A DNA stretch of 64,000 nucleotides from an uncultured Lentimicrobiaceae bacterium (GTDB taxonomy: Bacteria > Bacteroidota > Bacteroidia > Bacteroidales > UBA4417), in assembly GCA_964420555.1 (NCBI GenBank), contig CAYQTT010000005.1, positions 232,326-296,325 on the forward strand, read 5' to 3'. The position numbers and the translations under genes were made by a program. The notes under the pieces are model-generated. The model ran no database searches, was not told where the DNA came from, and was given only the letters and a program-made list of their open reading frames with translations. Of the stretch, positions 38,397 through 47,323 are shown one piece after another (position 1 is the first letter of the stretch; every line of letters starts with the position of its first letter).

Positions 38397-38556
38397 CGGT
38401 GCGCTGCAACTTAAATTTTACTCTCTTTCACCTTACTACAAATATTTCGCCACTCTGTGGATTCATTTTGCCTCAATACTGTAAAAAATAAAGGTGCAGA
38501 GCACCGGAATATTTGTAGTAGTATAGAAGAATATGATTCAAGGTGCAGCGCACCGA
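38397..38556. repeat. Nested imperfect palindromic element with three copies of AAGGTGCAG(C/A)GCACCGGAAT
   Basis: Copy A (38397-38411) is inverted. Copies B (38494-38508) and C (38543-38556) are direct. The outer A/C stem is 12 bp perfect. The inner stem pairs 38435-38447 with 38509-38521 (13 bp perfect) and extends imperfectly. Confidence 0.7.
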
Positions 38557-38702
38557 AATCTTTAAAGCACAGATTTTGAAACAGATTAGGCAATACCGGT
38601 TTTTTACAGAATTGTTTTGCCAACTTACAGACGATTTACGTCAACTTGCATAGGATTAGCATTATGAGAATCGGAGAATGTAAATTTTTCGAACTATAAA
38701 TT

Positions 38703-38710
38703 TATCTTTG
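38703..38710 (+). promoter_or_regulatory. -7 box TATCTTTG
   Basis: Exact motif match 30 nt upstream of the ATG at 38741. Confidence 0.5.
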
Positions 38711-38740
38711 CGTTTTATTCCTTAAATTAATCAGATAAAA

Positions 38741-40897
38741 ATGAAAAAAATCGTACTTGCTTTTTGTTTGCTTACAGCGGTTTTCGCTAAAGCAGCCAAT
38801 ACCCCCGACGAAGGCATGTGGCTTCCCATGTTCGTTGAAAGATTAAACTATGTTGACATGCAGAAAATGGGCCTTCGCCTTACTGCTGAAGAGCTTTACA
38901 GCATCAACAATTCTAGTTTGAAAGATGCCGTTGTAAGTCTTGGTGGATTTTGCACTGCCGAGGTTGTTTCAGCCGAAGGACTGCTTTTTACCAACCACCA
39001 CTGCGGATACGATGTTATCCAGAACCATAGCTCAATAAACCACGATTACCTTACCGATGGTTTTTGGGCAATGAATAAATCCGAAGAACTTCCAAATGAA
39101 GGTCTGTTTGTTTCGTTCCTCGTGCGTATGGAGGATATGACCAAAACAGTTTTAGGTGAAGTTACCGATGATATGGACGAAACTGCCCGTACCACAGCCA
39201 TCAACGAAAAAATTAAAGAGCTGAAAAAAGTCGCAGAAGAAGATGGGAAATATGATGTTGAGCTGAAAAGTTTCTTTAACGGCAACGAGTATTATCTGTT
39301 TGTGTATCAAAAATATAACGATGTACGCCTGGTTGGAGCTCCTCCTTCGTCAATTGGTAAATTTGGCGGAGATACTGATAACTGGATGTGGCCACGTCAT
39401 ACCGGTGACTTCAGTATTTTCCGTATTTACACCGCTCCTGATGGTTCACCAGCTGAATATTCGAAAGATAATGTGCCGATGGCTGCCAAAAAATTCCTTC
39501 CTGTTTCGATAAAAGGATATAAGAAAAATGACTTTGCCATGATATGGGGTTTCCCCGGCACAACCGATCGTTACCGCAATTCGTGGGCAGTTGATGCTAC
39601 CCTTTATGATATGGATCCTGTTATTGTTAAAGTTTTGGGATCGGTTCTGGAAAACATGAAAGAAGGAATGGATGCCGATAATGCAGTTCGTATTCAGTAT
39701 GCAAGCACATACGCCGGACTCGCCAATTTCTGGAAAAACAAAATGGGTGAAGAGCGCGATCTGAAGCGCCTTGATGTTATAGAGAAAAAACAGCAACTCG
39801 AAGCCAGGCTTAAAACCTGGATAGAAGCTGATGCCGGCCGCAAAGCCAAATACGGTGAAGTACTCGCTACCTATGCCGATATTTACAAACAATACAAAGA
39901 TCAGAACCTCTACCAGCAGATTTGGTATACGCAAGCCCTTTTATTCGGATCAAAAGCTTTTCCTTTTCCCGGTCAGGCAACGGCTATCGAAACTGTGCTG
40001 AAAACCGGCGCTAAAGGCGATGATCTGAAAAAACAGATGGAGAAATACAAGGAAACTTCGAAAGAACATTTTAAAGAGTATAACAATACGATTGAGCAAA
40101 ACATACTCACCGACTTGTTGATTTTATTCCGCGATAATGTTCCTGTTGCTCAGCAACCGGCTATTTTTCAGACCATTAATAAAGAATATAAAGGTGATAT
40201 TAAAAAATATGTTGCCGATATGTTCGAAAATTCGTTTTTCTACACCGAAGCTAAATTTAATGCGTTCCTCGAAAAACCAAATCTGAAAAAAATGCAAAAA
40301 GATCCGGCTTTAGTGGTTTACAACTCATTTATGGATTCCTTTAAAAATTTGCAGAAAACCAGCCAGGAACTCAGTGCAAAAAACAAAAAAGCTTCACGCC
40401 TTTTTGTTGCTGCTCTACGCGAAATGGATGCTACCAAAAGTTTTTATCCTGATGCCAACAGCACACTACGCATGACTTATGGTAAAGTACTCGACTACTA
40501 TCCTGCCGATGCCGTTCATTACAATTATTACACTACACTTGATGGTGTAATGATGAAAGAAGATCCGAAGAACGAAGAGTTTATCGTACCGGCCAAACTC
40601 AAAGAACTATATAATAAAAAAGATTATGGCCGCTATGCCGAAGCTGGCAAACTGTACACTTGTTTCCTTACCGATAACGACATTACAGGCGGTAACTCTG
40701 GAAGTCCGGTTATGAATGCCGATGGACACCTCATCGGGATTGCTTTCGACGGAAACTGGGAAGCTATGAGCGGAAATATCCTTTTCGAACCTGAACTTCA
40801 GCGTACCATCAACGTAGATATCCGTTACGTACTTTTTGTAATTGAGAAATATGCAGGTGCAAGTAACCTGATAAAAGAGTTGCAAATCGTTGAGTAA
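38741..40897 (+). CDS. S46-family dipeptidyl-peptidase (DPP7/DPP11 type)
   Basis: 718 aa with a signal peptide followed by DEGMWLP. Catalytic contexts are TNHHCG (His) and TGGNSGSPV (Ser). Confidence 0.85.
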   Translation: MKKIVLAFCLLTAVFAKAANTPDEGMWLPMFVERLNYVDMQKMGLRLTAEELYSINNSSLKDAVVSLGGFCTAEVVSAEGLLFTNHHCGYDVIQNHSSINHDYLTDGFWAMNKSEELPNEGLFVSFLVRMEDMTKTVLGEVTDDMDETARTTAINEKIKELKKVAEEDGKYDVELKSFFNGNEYYLFVYQKYNDVRLVGAPPSSIGKFGGDTDNWMWPRHTGDFSIFRIYTAPDGSPAEYSKDNVPMAAKKFLPVSIKGYKKNDFAMIWGFPGTTDRYRNSWAVDATLYDMDPVIVKVLGSVLENMKEGMDADNAVRIQYASTYAGLANFWKNKMGEERDLKRLDVIEKKQQLEARLKTWIEADAGRKAKYGEVLATYADIYKQYKDQNLYQQIWYTQALLFGSKAFPFPGQATAIETVLKTGAKGDDLKKQMEKYKETSKEHFKEYNNTIEQNILTDLLILFRDNVPVAQQPAIFQTINKEYKGDIKKYVADMFENSFFYTEAKFNAFLEKPNLKKMQKDPALVVYNSFMDSFKNLQKTSQELSAKNKKASRLFVAALREMDATKSFYPDANSTLRMTYGKVLDYYPADAVHYNYYTTLDGVMMKEDPKNEEFIVPAKLKELYNKKDYGRYAEAGKLYTCFLTDNDITGGNSGSPVMNADGHLIGIAFDGNWEAMSGNILFEPELQRTINVDIRYVLFVIEKYAGASNLIKELQIVE

Positions 40898-40920
40898 GAA
40901 GATTATTAATTGAAAGTTGA

Positions 40921-40953
40921 AAAGGGGGTCCTGATGAGGGATCCCTTTTTTTT
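40921..40953 (+). terminator. Rho-independent terminator
   Basis: GGGGTCC / GGATCCC stem followed by T8, 25 nt after the stop. Confidence 0.7.
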
Positions 40954-41135
40954 GCTCAAAAGGTAGCATAAACTGAACGCATTAAATGCAAATCGGTAGC
41001 AAATATTTGTTTGTCAAAGATTTATGTTTGGGATATATTATTTATAAAAACTCTGTGACGACTAGTGAAATTTTAGTTTTCGGGACTTTAGCTCCTGTAA
41101 TCCGAAAGAATAACCGCACTAAATCAATCAACAGC

Positions 41136-41143
41136 TATCTTTG
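41136..41143 (+). promoter_or_regulatory. -7 box TATCTTTG
   Basis: Exact motif match 35 nt upstream of the ATG at 41179. Confidence 0.5.
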
Positions 41144-41178
41144 CAAATAAGTTAAGAAAACGATAATCACGAATATAT

Positions 41179-41415
41179 ATGGCAGAACAAAAGAATAACC
41201 CATTGCACGGGATTAGCCTTGAGACAATCCTGACCCGACTGGTGGATCATTTTGGATGGGAAATCCTGGGCAAACTTATAAAGATAAACTGCTTTATAGA
41301 AAATCCGAGTATTCAGTCGAGCCTTAAGTTTTTACGCAAAACTCCATGGGCACGGAAGAAAGTGGAAGATCTTTATATGGAAATACATACACCTGAAGAT
41401 AAGAATATTGGGTAA
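41179..41415 (+). CDS. DUF2132 (VF530-like) small protein
   Basis: 78 aa. [24 protein letters not shown]...[16 protein letters not shown] matches the family pattern. Confidence 0.65.
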   Translation: MAEQKNNPLHGISLETILTRLVDHFGWEILGKLIKINCFIENPSIQSSLKFLRKTPWARKKVEDLYMEIHTPEDKNIG

Positions 41416-41442
41416 AGTGCAGAAAAATTTAAAATGTAATTA

Positions 41443-41590
41443 GCCGGATTACAAATCCGGAACTCCCTGCAGCGGGATTATCAGCCTATGGCTGATGAGA
41501 TCGCTTCGCTAAGTTACAAATCCAGCTGAGCAAATCCCGCCGGGCAAATCCCACTTAGCTGATCCTGCCGAGCAAATCCTGCTAGGTCAG
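41443..41590. repeat. Short hairpins followed by a degenerate tandem tract built on CAAATCC words
   Basis: Three small hairpins (CCGGAT/ATCCGG, TCCC/GGGA, ATCAGCC/GGCTGAT) come first. Then TACAAATCC, GCAAATCCC x2 and GCAAATCCT follow. Confidence 0.6.
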
Positions 41591-41613
41591 TTTAATCAAT
41601 ATAAATCTTCAGT

Positions 41614-41650
41614 CAAAAAAAAATCCCTTACTATTTCAGTAAGGGATTTT
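41614..41650 (-). terminator. Rho-independent terminator (usable in both directions)
   Basis: AATCCCTTAC / GTAAGGGATT stem of 10 bp, with U9 on the minus strand and a T-rich run on the plus strand. Confidence 0.65.
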
Positions 41651-41675
41651 TAATTTCATTGTAAACTGGAGTAAA

Positions 41676-42386
41676 CTACATCTGTGTCAACAATTTAGCT
41701 TTTTCAATTATCACTTCGTAGTAGTAACCGGCTCCGAAATCCTTTTTCAAAGTCACAACTCCTTCGAAAGTAACAACATCACCTACTTTGGTAACATCGT
41801 CGGTGGTAATTGTGAGATCGAATGAACCTTCGCTGTTTGTTCCGTCCTGAATGTGAACCCAATTGGTTTTCATTATATCAGGACTGTATTTTACAACTTC
41901 GCCCCTTATTTTAACGGTTTTTCCGGCGTACGAATCTTTATTGGCATAAAGCTCAGCAATGGTGATTCCACCTTTAGCCGGATCGACTTTTATTCCTTCT
42001 TTTGGTACAGCAGCCTGTTTGCCTTTCATAGAATCGGCCATGGTAATTTTGGCAACAATAGGCTGATCGCTGAATTTATCAACAAAACTGATAGACGGGA
42101 AAGTCCTTTTTAATTCTTTACTGGCAAAATTGGTCATTTCTATACCCGGCTCGTAATAATAAAATTTGCCTTTTTCCACTTCCGCTTTGCTAATGGCAAT
42201 CCATTTCTCCTGATCTTTTTCCGATACAAGCAGGTATGTGTAATTGCTCGATTGAATAACTTCTTCAATTTTTACTTTATGTACGTTAGGCGCAAGGTTT
42301 TCGTCAACAGTGCTGTTGGAATTGCAGGAAGCCGCTATCAGGGCTATGCCGGCAAAAAAGCTTAACATTTTCAATTGAAATTTCAT
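41676..42386 (-). CDS. Hypothetical lipoprotein
   Basis: Lipoprotein signal (ALIAASC). Start re-called to MKFQLKML because a TACATTTG box lies at 42435-42442. No motifs that diagnose function. Confidence 0.5.
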   Translation of the reverse strand: MKFQLKMLSFFAGIALIAASCNSNSTVDENLAPNVHKVKIEEVIQSSNYTYLLVSEKDQEKWIAISKAEVEKGKFYYYEPGIEMTNFASKELKRTFPSISFVDKFSDQPIVAKITMADSMKGKQAAVPKEGIKVDPAKGGITIAELYANKDSYAGKTVKIRGEVVKYSPDIMKTNWVHIQDGTNSEGSFDLTITTDDVTKVGDVVTFEGVVTLKKDFGAGYYYEVIIEKAKLLTQM

Positions 42387-42434
42387 AGTATGGGTTAAGT
42401 TAGATGTTTGTTGCTGTGTTATTGTTTCAGACTG

Positions 42435-42442
42435 CAAATGTA
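42435..42442 (-). promoter_or_regulatory. -7 box TACATTTG
   Basis: Exact motif match 48 nt upstream of the ATG at 42386. Confidence 0.4.
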
Positions 42443-42544
42443 TTCATAAAAGTGTATATAAATATATATTTTGCGGATATGAGGCTGAAAAACCGGAATA
42501 TTTTTTTAATAGTCATTTTGTCCGATAACATCTCCAATTGAGCT

Positions 42545-42552
42545 AAGTTTGC
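42545..42552 (+). promoter_or_regulatory. -7 box TAAGTTTG
   Basis: Exact motif match 21 nt upstream of the ATG at 42574. Confidence 0.45.
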
Positions 42553-42573
42553 ATAACTTTTACAGTGAAAATT

Positions 42574-44244
42574 ATGGATTGGATTTACGATTTGTTTACC
42601 AAAGAATCAGTAGCACAAACAATTATCATTTACAGTTTTGTTATTGCAATTGGTGTGGTATTGGGCAAGATTAAAGTGTTAAATATCTCACTGGGAATTA
42701 CTTTCGTTCTGTTTACAGGTATTGCTGTTGGGCATTTTGGTTTTGCCATCAATCACCAGGTTCTTGATTTTGCCAAAGACTTCGGATTGATATTATTTGT
42801 TTTCGCAGTAGGGTTACAGGTTGGACCCGGTTTTTTCTCATCATTCCGCAAAGGTGGAATTACACTTAACCTGCTTGCAGCTGCAATTGTCATATTAGGA
42901 GCTGCAACAGCGGTTATTCTGCATTTTGTTACAGGAACTTCCATGCCTGTAATGGTCGGTATTTTATCGGGTGCTGTTACCAATACTCCCGGGCTCGGTG
43001 CTGCACAGCAGGCACTCGACGAAGTAACATCAGGCACTGCAGCTTCCGGAATTCCTGATATCAGTTTAGGGTATGCTGTTGCATATCCTTTTGGCGTTCT
43101 GGGTATTATCATAACTATGCTTGCTATACGTAAGCTTACACGAACCAATATTAGTCAGGAACTAATAAATTATAATGAACTTCAGAATCCGGAGGAAACA
43201 TTGCCCGAAAAAATCAGTATCCTTGTTACAAATCCGGAAATTGACGGAAAGAAAGTTGAAGATTTAAAGGAATTGCTTAATCGCGACACAGTGATTTCGC
43301 GTATTTATCATTCAAGCGAAGTTCATGGGGCTCAATCGGCATCGGTGCTGCATACCGGCGATATTGTACTTTTCGTCGCGCAGAAAGGGGAAATTGACAA
43401 TCTGATCAAGCAATTTGGCCGAAAAAGTGAAATTGACCTGGCCACCCAACCGGGTAAACTTATGTCGAAGCAGGTATTGGTTACACATATTTCGGCATCC
43501 GGCAAATCGCTCGAAATGCTGAATTTACGTGTACGTTTCGGAATTAATATCACCAGGATTTACAGGGCTGGTATTGAGCTGGTTGCTTCACCAAAGCTAA
43601 AACTTCAGATTGGTGATAAAATTACCATTGTAGGCGAGGAAAGCGCAATTGATAACGTTGGACTGATATTAGGTAACTCCATCAAACGCCTGAATGAACC
43701 AAATCTGTTCCCTATTTTTATTGGAATTTTACTTGGTGTTTTGTTTGGCAGCATCCCGATTGTTATACCCGGAATACCAACACCGATAAAACTCGGAATG
43801 GCTGGCGGACCGCTGATTGTAGCGATTTTATTGAGTAAATTCGGTTACAAAATATCATTGGCATCTTACACAACGCCAAGCGCTAACCTAATGCTGCGCG
43901 AAGTTGGCATTGTGCTTTTCCTTGCCAGTGTTGGCATTAAAGCGGGCGAACGGTTTATCCCAACCCTGGTTTCGGGCGATGGGTTTATTTGGATGGCCTA
44001 TGGAGCTGCCATTACTCTTATACCGCTTATAATAGTTGGACTCTTTTCAAAACTGGTTTTAAAAAACAGTTTCTTCGAAGTTAGCGGTTTACTGTCAGGC
44101 AGTATGACCGATCCGCCGGCACTGGCGTTTGCCAATTCAATATCACAATGTGAGGCTCCTGCTGTTGCTTATGCTACCATTTATCCGCTGGTGATGTTTC
44201 TGAGGATTGTATCGGCACAGTTGCTTGTGATGCTTTTTGCCTGA
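42574..44244 (+). CDS. YidE/YbjL/AspT-family transporter with two central TrkA-C (RCK_C) domains
   Basis: About 556 aa. Two hydrophobic halves flank two soluble repeats of about 80 aa. The ATG at 42574 is preferred over the GTG at 42565. Confidence 0.7.
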   Translation: MDWIYDLFTKESVAQTIIIYSFVIAIGVVLGKIKVLNISLGITFVLFTGIAVGHFGFAINHQVLDFAKDFGLILFVFAVGLQVGPGFFSSFRKGGITLNLLAAAIVILGAATAVILHFVTGTSMPVMVGILSGAVTNTPGLGAAQQALDEVTSGTAASGIPDISLGYAVAYPFGVLGIIITMLAIRKLTRTNISQELINYNELQNPEETLPEKISILVTNPEIDGKKVEDLKELLNRDTVISRIYHSSEVHGAQSASVLHTGDIVLFVAQKGEIDNLIKQFGRKSEIDLATQPGKLMSKQVLVTHISASGKSLEMLNLRVRFGINITRIYRAGIELVASPKLKLQIGDKITIVGEESAIDNVGLILGNSIKRLNEPNLFPIFIGILLGVLFGSIPIVIPGIPTPIKLGMAGGPLIVAILLSKFGYKISLASYTTPSANLMLREVGIVLFLASVGIKAGERFIPTLVSGDGFIWMAYGAAITLIPLIIVGLFSKLVLKNSFFEVSGLLSGSMTDPPALAFANSISQCEAPAVAYATIYPLVMFLRIVSAQLLVMLFA

Positions 44245-44318
44245 TTAGGATTAAAAATCATATAGAAAATATTGCATAAGAAATTTTAAGATTTTACTGC
44301 AAAAGGCACTTTATTTTG

Positions 44319-44326
44319 TAACTTTG
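44319..44326 (+). promoter_or_regulatory. -7 box TAACTTTG
   Basis: Exact motif match 61 nt upstream of the ATG at 44388. Confidence 0.35.
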
Positions 44327-44387
44327 AAATAGGGCATCTTTCGGAGAGCCAGAATTTTATTATTTTGAATTTAGTACATCCTGTCAG

Positions 44388-45017
44388 ATGAAACGGAAAT
44401 TCGGAATTATAGTTTTTCTAATACTTATCAGCCATTTATCGGTTATTAAAACATTTGCCCAAGCCTGGAATTTTGTAAAAGAGGAGGAGGGAATCAAAAT
44501 ATATACGCGCAATGAGGGCAGCAATTCAATGAAATCATATAAAGGTTTAATGCTAATCAGTGCCCCGATTGAAAAAGTATGTAGTATGGTTGGAAATGCA
44601 AGGAATTTTGACTGGTGGGGCGAAGATTTTAGTAATATCAGGGTTTTGGGTTATGAGGATAATAAATATGTCAGGTATTATTACATTTACGATATGCCCT
44701 GGCCACTAACTGACAGGGATCTTGCCGTTGAGGCAACAGTAAAAACCAATTCCGTTACTGGTGAATATAAGGTTATTTCCAAACCTTTATTGAAAGTAGT
44801 TCCAGAAAATCCTGATCTTGTGAGGATCAAAAATTATTGGCAAACCTGGACTATACAGCCGCTGGATAAAGGATATGTTAGCATTACTCTCGAAGGCTTT
44901 GTTGATCCTGGTGGCAATGTGCCTGGCTGGTTGTATAATATGCTCAGCACCGAAATGCCGTTGCGAACCATGCGCCTTTTCCGCCAGCGCGTTTTGTCAG
45001 ATAAACCGGCGAATTAA
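44388..45017 (+). CDS. START/SRPBCC lipid-binding-domain protein with a signal peptide
   Basis: 209 aa. YIYDMPWPLTDRDL and GNVPGWLYN blocks are typical of START domains. Confidence 0.6.
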   Translation: MKRKFGIIVFLILISHLSVIKTFAQAWNFVKEEEGIKIYTRNEGSNSMKSYKGLMLISAPIEKVCSMVGNARNFDWWGEDFSNIRVLGYEDNKYVRYYYIYDMPWPLTDRDLAVEATVKTNSVTGEYKVISKPLLKVVPENPDLVRIKNYWQTWTIQPLDKGYVSITLEGFVDPGGNVPGWLYNMLSTEMPLRTMRLFRQRVLSDKPAN

Positions 45018-45154
45018 TTTTGGCAATCATCAGAATTGATAATTGATTGTGCAAAGATATTTTGGCTCAGTTTTTAAAAAGGATCGACCAATTGCAAAAA
45101 GCTTCATAACTTTATACCGCTTATAAACCGTAATTAAGTTTTTTATAAAGTCCG

Positions 45155-45466
45155 ATGATGAGAAAAAATCCAAAATTAAACGGCATTTTTATTGCCATTC
45201 TATTAGCATCAGTTACTTTTCTGCTGACAGGCTGTGCCAATATGGAAGTTGTAACTCCTTGCCTAACCGGCCACACCTATGGGTTCCTTGGCGGATTGCT
45301 GCATGGGTTTATTGCTCCTTTCGACCTTATAGCCATGCTGTTTCGTGATGATATTACAGTATATGCACCGAATAACAATGGAGCCTGGTATGCTTTTGGT
45401 TTCCTTTTGGGAAGCGGCGGATGGGGATTCTTTGGAGGCAACAGAAGTTCGCGGAAGAGAAACTAG
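45155..45466 (+). CDS. Small hypothetical lipoprotein / membrane protein
   Basis: 103 aa with a lipobox (LLTGC), a Gly-rich hydrophobic C-terminal half and a basic tail. Confidence 0.45.
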   Translation: MMRKNPKLNGIFIAILLASVTFLLTGCANMEVVTPCLTGHTYGFLGGLLHGFIAPFDLIAMLFRDDITVYAPNNNGAWYAFGFLLGSGGWGFFGGNRSSRKRN

Positions 45467-45518
45467 GATTGATATTTCGGATATGTGCTGCTTATGTAGG
45501 GGTGAACAACAACAATTA

Positions 45519-45870
45519 GTTGTGAGTTGTGAATTTTGATTTCTGATTTTTATTAACCACTAAGGCACTAAGAGCACTAAGTTTCACTAAGGACTTGGAA
45601 TTTGTGATTTGTGAGTTGTGAATTTTGAATTGTGATTTTTATAAACCACTAAGGTACTAAGACCACTAAGTTTCACTAAGGTGTTTGGAATTTGGTTTTT
45701 GGAATTTTGTGAATTTTGATTTGTGAATTTTAATTTGTGATTCTTGATTTTTAAACCACTAAGACACTAAGACCACTAAGTTTCACTAAGGTGTTTGGAA
45801 TTTTGGATTTGGTTTTTGGGATTTGGTTTTTGGAATTTGCGAATTATCGCCCCTAACCCCTAACCCCTTC
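45519..45870. repeat. Higher-order tandem repeat (3 units of about 90-110 nt) built from CACTAAG heptads and TTGTGAATTTT words, ending in CCCCTAA x2
   Basis: The unit core AACCACTAAGRYACTAAGASCACTAAGTTTCACTAAGG..TTGGAATTT starts at 45555, 45644 and 45754. The repeat fills the whole spacer between convergent stop codons (45466 and 45875). Confidence 0.85.
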
Positions 45871-45874
45871 CATC

Positions 45875-47323
45875 TCACCGTTCAATCCACATTACCGAAT
45901 TGCCGGTTCCAAACTCATTTTCTTCCCATAGTTCATTGGTGGGATCTATCATCCAGCGACCATCAACTATTAATTTATAGGTGTATTTACCTGGTTTCAG
46001 GTTTACTGGAAATACCCAGATCCCATTTTCTTTGTACATACGGTAACTGTCCTCGCTCCAGCCATTGAAGCTTCCTGTTACAATCACCGTTTTGGCATCT
46101 CCAAACTTTGCGAGCGAAAAGGTATAGTTTGGTTTAAAAGTAATGCACGAATTCATGAAATCGCCCGAGCCTGTTGTATGCGGATTAGCAGGATCGGTAA
46201 TCCATTTGCCGTCAACAATAAATTTGTATTCATAATTTCCGGCATCGAGCACATAGGGCAGTTCCCAACCGTAGTCGGTTTTATTCATCACAAGTTCATT
46301 GTGGCTCCAAGCGTTAAAACTTCCTGATAGGATTACTTTCTCTGCTGATTGAAATCCTTGAAGCTTAAAAATTAAAGTGTCACCAATTCCCATAAATGAG
46401 TTCATATTGCCGTAAGCATCCAGCCTGATGTTGCTGTTTTCAGGATCAGCCATCCATTCGCCGTCAACAATAAACTTATAGGCATAAGTCCCTTTGCTGA
46501 GGTAAACAGGCAGGATCCAGCCACCTGCAACAGGTTTCATGCGGAGTTCTTTCTTTTGCCAGCCGTTAAAACTTCCGGATACATAAACCTTTCGGGCATC
46601 AGTAAATCCTTTTAACCGGAATTCGTGGTTATAACAATACAAAATTGAGTTATACCCGTTTTCACCATCTGATTCTTTCAACATGTTTTCAGGATCATGG
46701 ATCCACCTGCCATCGGTTATGTATTTATACAAATAGCGGCCCGGCTCAAGTTTCAGGCTTATCTCCCATCCGGAACCGGTTTTTTGCATCGGATGTTGCA
46801 TGGTACTCCAGTTGTTGAACGTACCCGAAAGATATACCTGTCTTTTGTTCTGAAATCCCGGAAGGAAAAAGTGTGTAATGCTGTCAGCAAATTGTATGGT
46901 TGGTTCCTTTGCAAATTGGTTGACTCCAAATTTCTTTGGCGGAAACAACATTGGTTTCAATACAAACGGCTTAACAAACCAGTTGTCATCAATAAGCAAA
47001 ACATCATTAGGGCTGTAATCATCCTGGCCAGGCAAAGGCTTGGATATTTCGACTATGTTTTCGTTAATGCGGCTGATATCCCAGGTTACGCTGTCGGCTG
47101 TAAAAGATGATATTCCGGTAAAAGCCTGAGCAACTAAAGAACTATCGAGACTGAAAAGTGAAATGGTTTCTTTCTTTGTTTTATCCGACCATCGTTTATC
47201 GAGTTGAAAATAAATGCGGTTGTTGTTGATGTAACATACGTTCTCTGTCTTATGCTGAGCTACACTGTATGTGGCAGCAGTTGTAATGAAAATCAGAAGA
47301 AAAATGATCATGCGGAGTTTCAT
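45875..47323 (-). CDS. Secreted protein with four tandem CBM48 / AMPK-beta-type glycogen-binding (E-set) domains
   Basis: 482 aa with a signal peptide. Four repeats of about 83 aa follow the pattern SG(S/T)FNxW....M.....GW.....L..G.Y.YK(F/L)IVDG.W..DP.N. Confidence 0.7.
   Translation of the reverse strand: MKLRMIIFLLIFITTAATYSVAQHKTENVCYINNNRIYFQLDKRWSDKTKKETISLFSLDSSLVAQAFTGISSFTADSVTWDISRINENIVEISKPLPGQDDYSPNDVLLIDDNWFVKPFVLKPMLFPPKKFGVNQFAKEPTIQFADSITHFFLPGFQNKRQVYLSGTFNNWSTMQHPMQKTGSGWEISLKLEPGRYLYKYITDGRWIHDPENMLKESDGENGYNSILYCYNHEFRLKGFTDARKVYVSGSFNGWQKKELRMKPVAGGWILPVYLSKGTYAYKFIVDGEWMADPENSNIRLDAYGNMNSFMGIGDTLIFKLQGFQSAEKVILSGSFNAWSHNELVMNKTDYGWELPYVLDAGNYEYKFIVDGKWITDPANPHTTGSGDFMNSCITFKPNYTFSLAKFGDAKTVIVTGSFNGWSEDSYRMYKENGIWVFPVNLKPGKYTYKLIVDGRWMIDPTNELWEENEFGTGNSVMWIER

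Noticed and set aside
45519-45870. Possible CRISPR array (regularly spaced repeats of about 40 nt).
   Set aside because: There are only three units. The intervening segments are themselves micro-repeats related to each other rather than unique spacers. The repeat core is not palindromic like typical CRISPR repeats, and no cas genes are in the window.
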